The notes beneath the pieces are model-generated. The model was not told the DNA's origin. It searched no databases and saw only the letters and a list, made by a program, of their open reading frames with translations. The translations under genes and the position numbers were made by a program. Shown piece after piece: positions 6,332-6,966 of a stretch of DNA of 6,966 nt. This stretch comes from Octopus sinensis (lineage: Eukaryota): positions 1-6,966 of the forward strand of contig NW_021829048.1 of the NCBI RefSeq assembly GCF_006345805.1, read 5' to 3'. Each line of letters opens with the position of its first letter. Positions within the stretch are counted from its first letter, which is position 1.

Positions 6332-6737
6332 ATTATTATTATTATTCATTCTATGTTTGACTTTTGCTTTATTTTGCAAGTTGGCTCCAAGTCTCACCCA
6401 GAGACCTCAAGAGACAACAGGTTGGAAGTTCATGTTTTGTTATGCCTAGTGTGCCATATATTTGGTGGGGAGTTTTTGGTGTTGTACTAATGAATGTCTA
6501 AAAACAAAATTTTTTTTTTTAAGTAAGAACCGAAATTGTTTGTTTTTAAACCCTGAGATTACATAGAAAGTATTTGCGTAGGATATGAGCAGTTTCCATG
6601 ACACTATCTTTTGAATTTCTTCTGCCATTTTTGGGTTTCCTGGTATCTGAGTTAGGTAGCTATCAGCCCCTTTTGCTATCATTTCCAGGGAACCTATGAC
6701 AACAGGTATATTTATTATTATTATTATTATTATTATT
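6332..6737 (-). mobile_element. 5'-truncated R4/Dong-clade non-LTR retrotransposon (ORF C-terminus, 3' UTR and (TAA)n tail) embedded in TAA repeats
   Basis: Coding remnant at 6709-6559, then a 3' UTR of about 210 nt ending gaggtctctgggtgagacttgga...aaaagtcaaacatagaatg, then (AAT)5 at 6346-6332. (AAT)8 lies at the 5' junction (6737-6714). Confidence 0.8.
6559..6709 (-). pseudogene. C-terminal fragment of the restriction-like endonuclease region of an R4/Dong/Rex6-type ORF
   Basis: IPVVIGSLEMIAKGADSYLTQIPGNPKMAEEIQKIV/(L)METAHILRK/(I)LSM* after restoring two 1-nt deletions (about 6600 and 6572). This fits the family C-terminal pattern PVVIGALG...QIPG...QK..LLGTA.ILR. Confidence 0.85.
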
Positions 6738-6966
6738 GAACTTATTGAAAACAAACGAAGTTTTGAAATAATGTTCATTCGATAACAGTCGCATTCTTCT
6801 TGGTCTTTTTATTGTTGTTGCTATTGTTTGTGGTGTTGTTGTTATTTCCCTTTAAACTGAATGTTTGTTACAATCACTTGCCGAGACACACCCAGCCTCC
6901 TCGGGCGAGTGAAAGATAAGCGATATTACAGTATGACTGGAAGCTTGGGAAGGTGGGGTGGCAAGG

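Noticed and set aside
5915-6490. ORFs 5915..6106 (-) and 6296..6490 (+)
   Set aside because: Short, cross repeat boundaries and contain no recognisable domain. They lie in the unclassified repeat and antisense to the LINE 3' UTR.
6446-6778. 110-aa ORF as an intact CDS
   Set aside because: Only 6709-6602 is in the retrotransposon frame. The N-terminal poly-I is the (AAT)8 repeat, and the C-terminus is frameshifted read-through into the 3' UTR.

Overview
Repeat-dense, AT-rich eukaryotic genomic DNA. The SINE families look like those of octopus; that is inferred from recall, not from a search. No intact protein-coding gene is visible, and most of the window is microsatellite or transposable-element debris. 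From left to right: a compound TAG/CAG microsatellite with an internal 146-bp duplication; a full-length tRNA-derived SINE (family A, minus strand) flanked by a 19-bp direct repeat identical to its own 3' end; a 211-bp tandem duplication; a GC-rich possible exon (1906-2069); a half SINE A whose (TA)n run holds a dead DD34D mariner; a 1.26-kb head-to-tail array of seven units of a second tRNA-derived SINE (family B), with 540-bp higher-order structure and only one complete Pol III promoter; a piggyBac-like TTAA-CCC end; long (TATC)n tracts; an unclassified interspersed repeat; and the 3' end of an R4/Dong-type LINE bounded by (TAA)n on both sides. The most interesting items are the SINE multimer, the apparent self-targeted SINE insertion and the microsatellite-targeted nesting. 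I found no evidence of a new protein-coding system.
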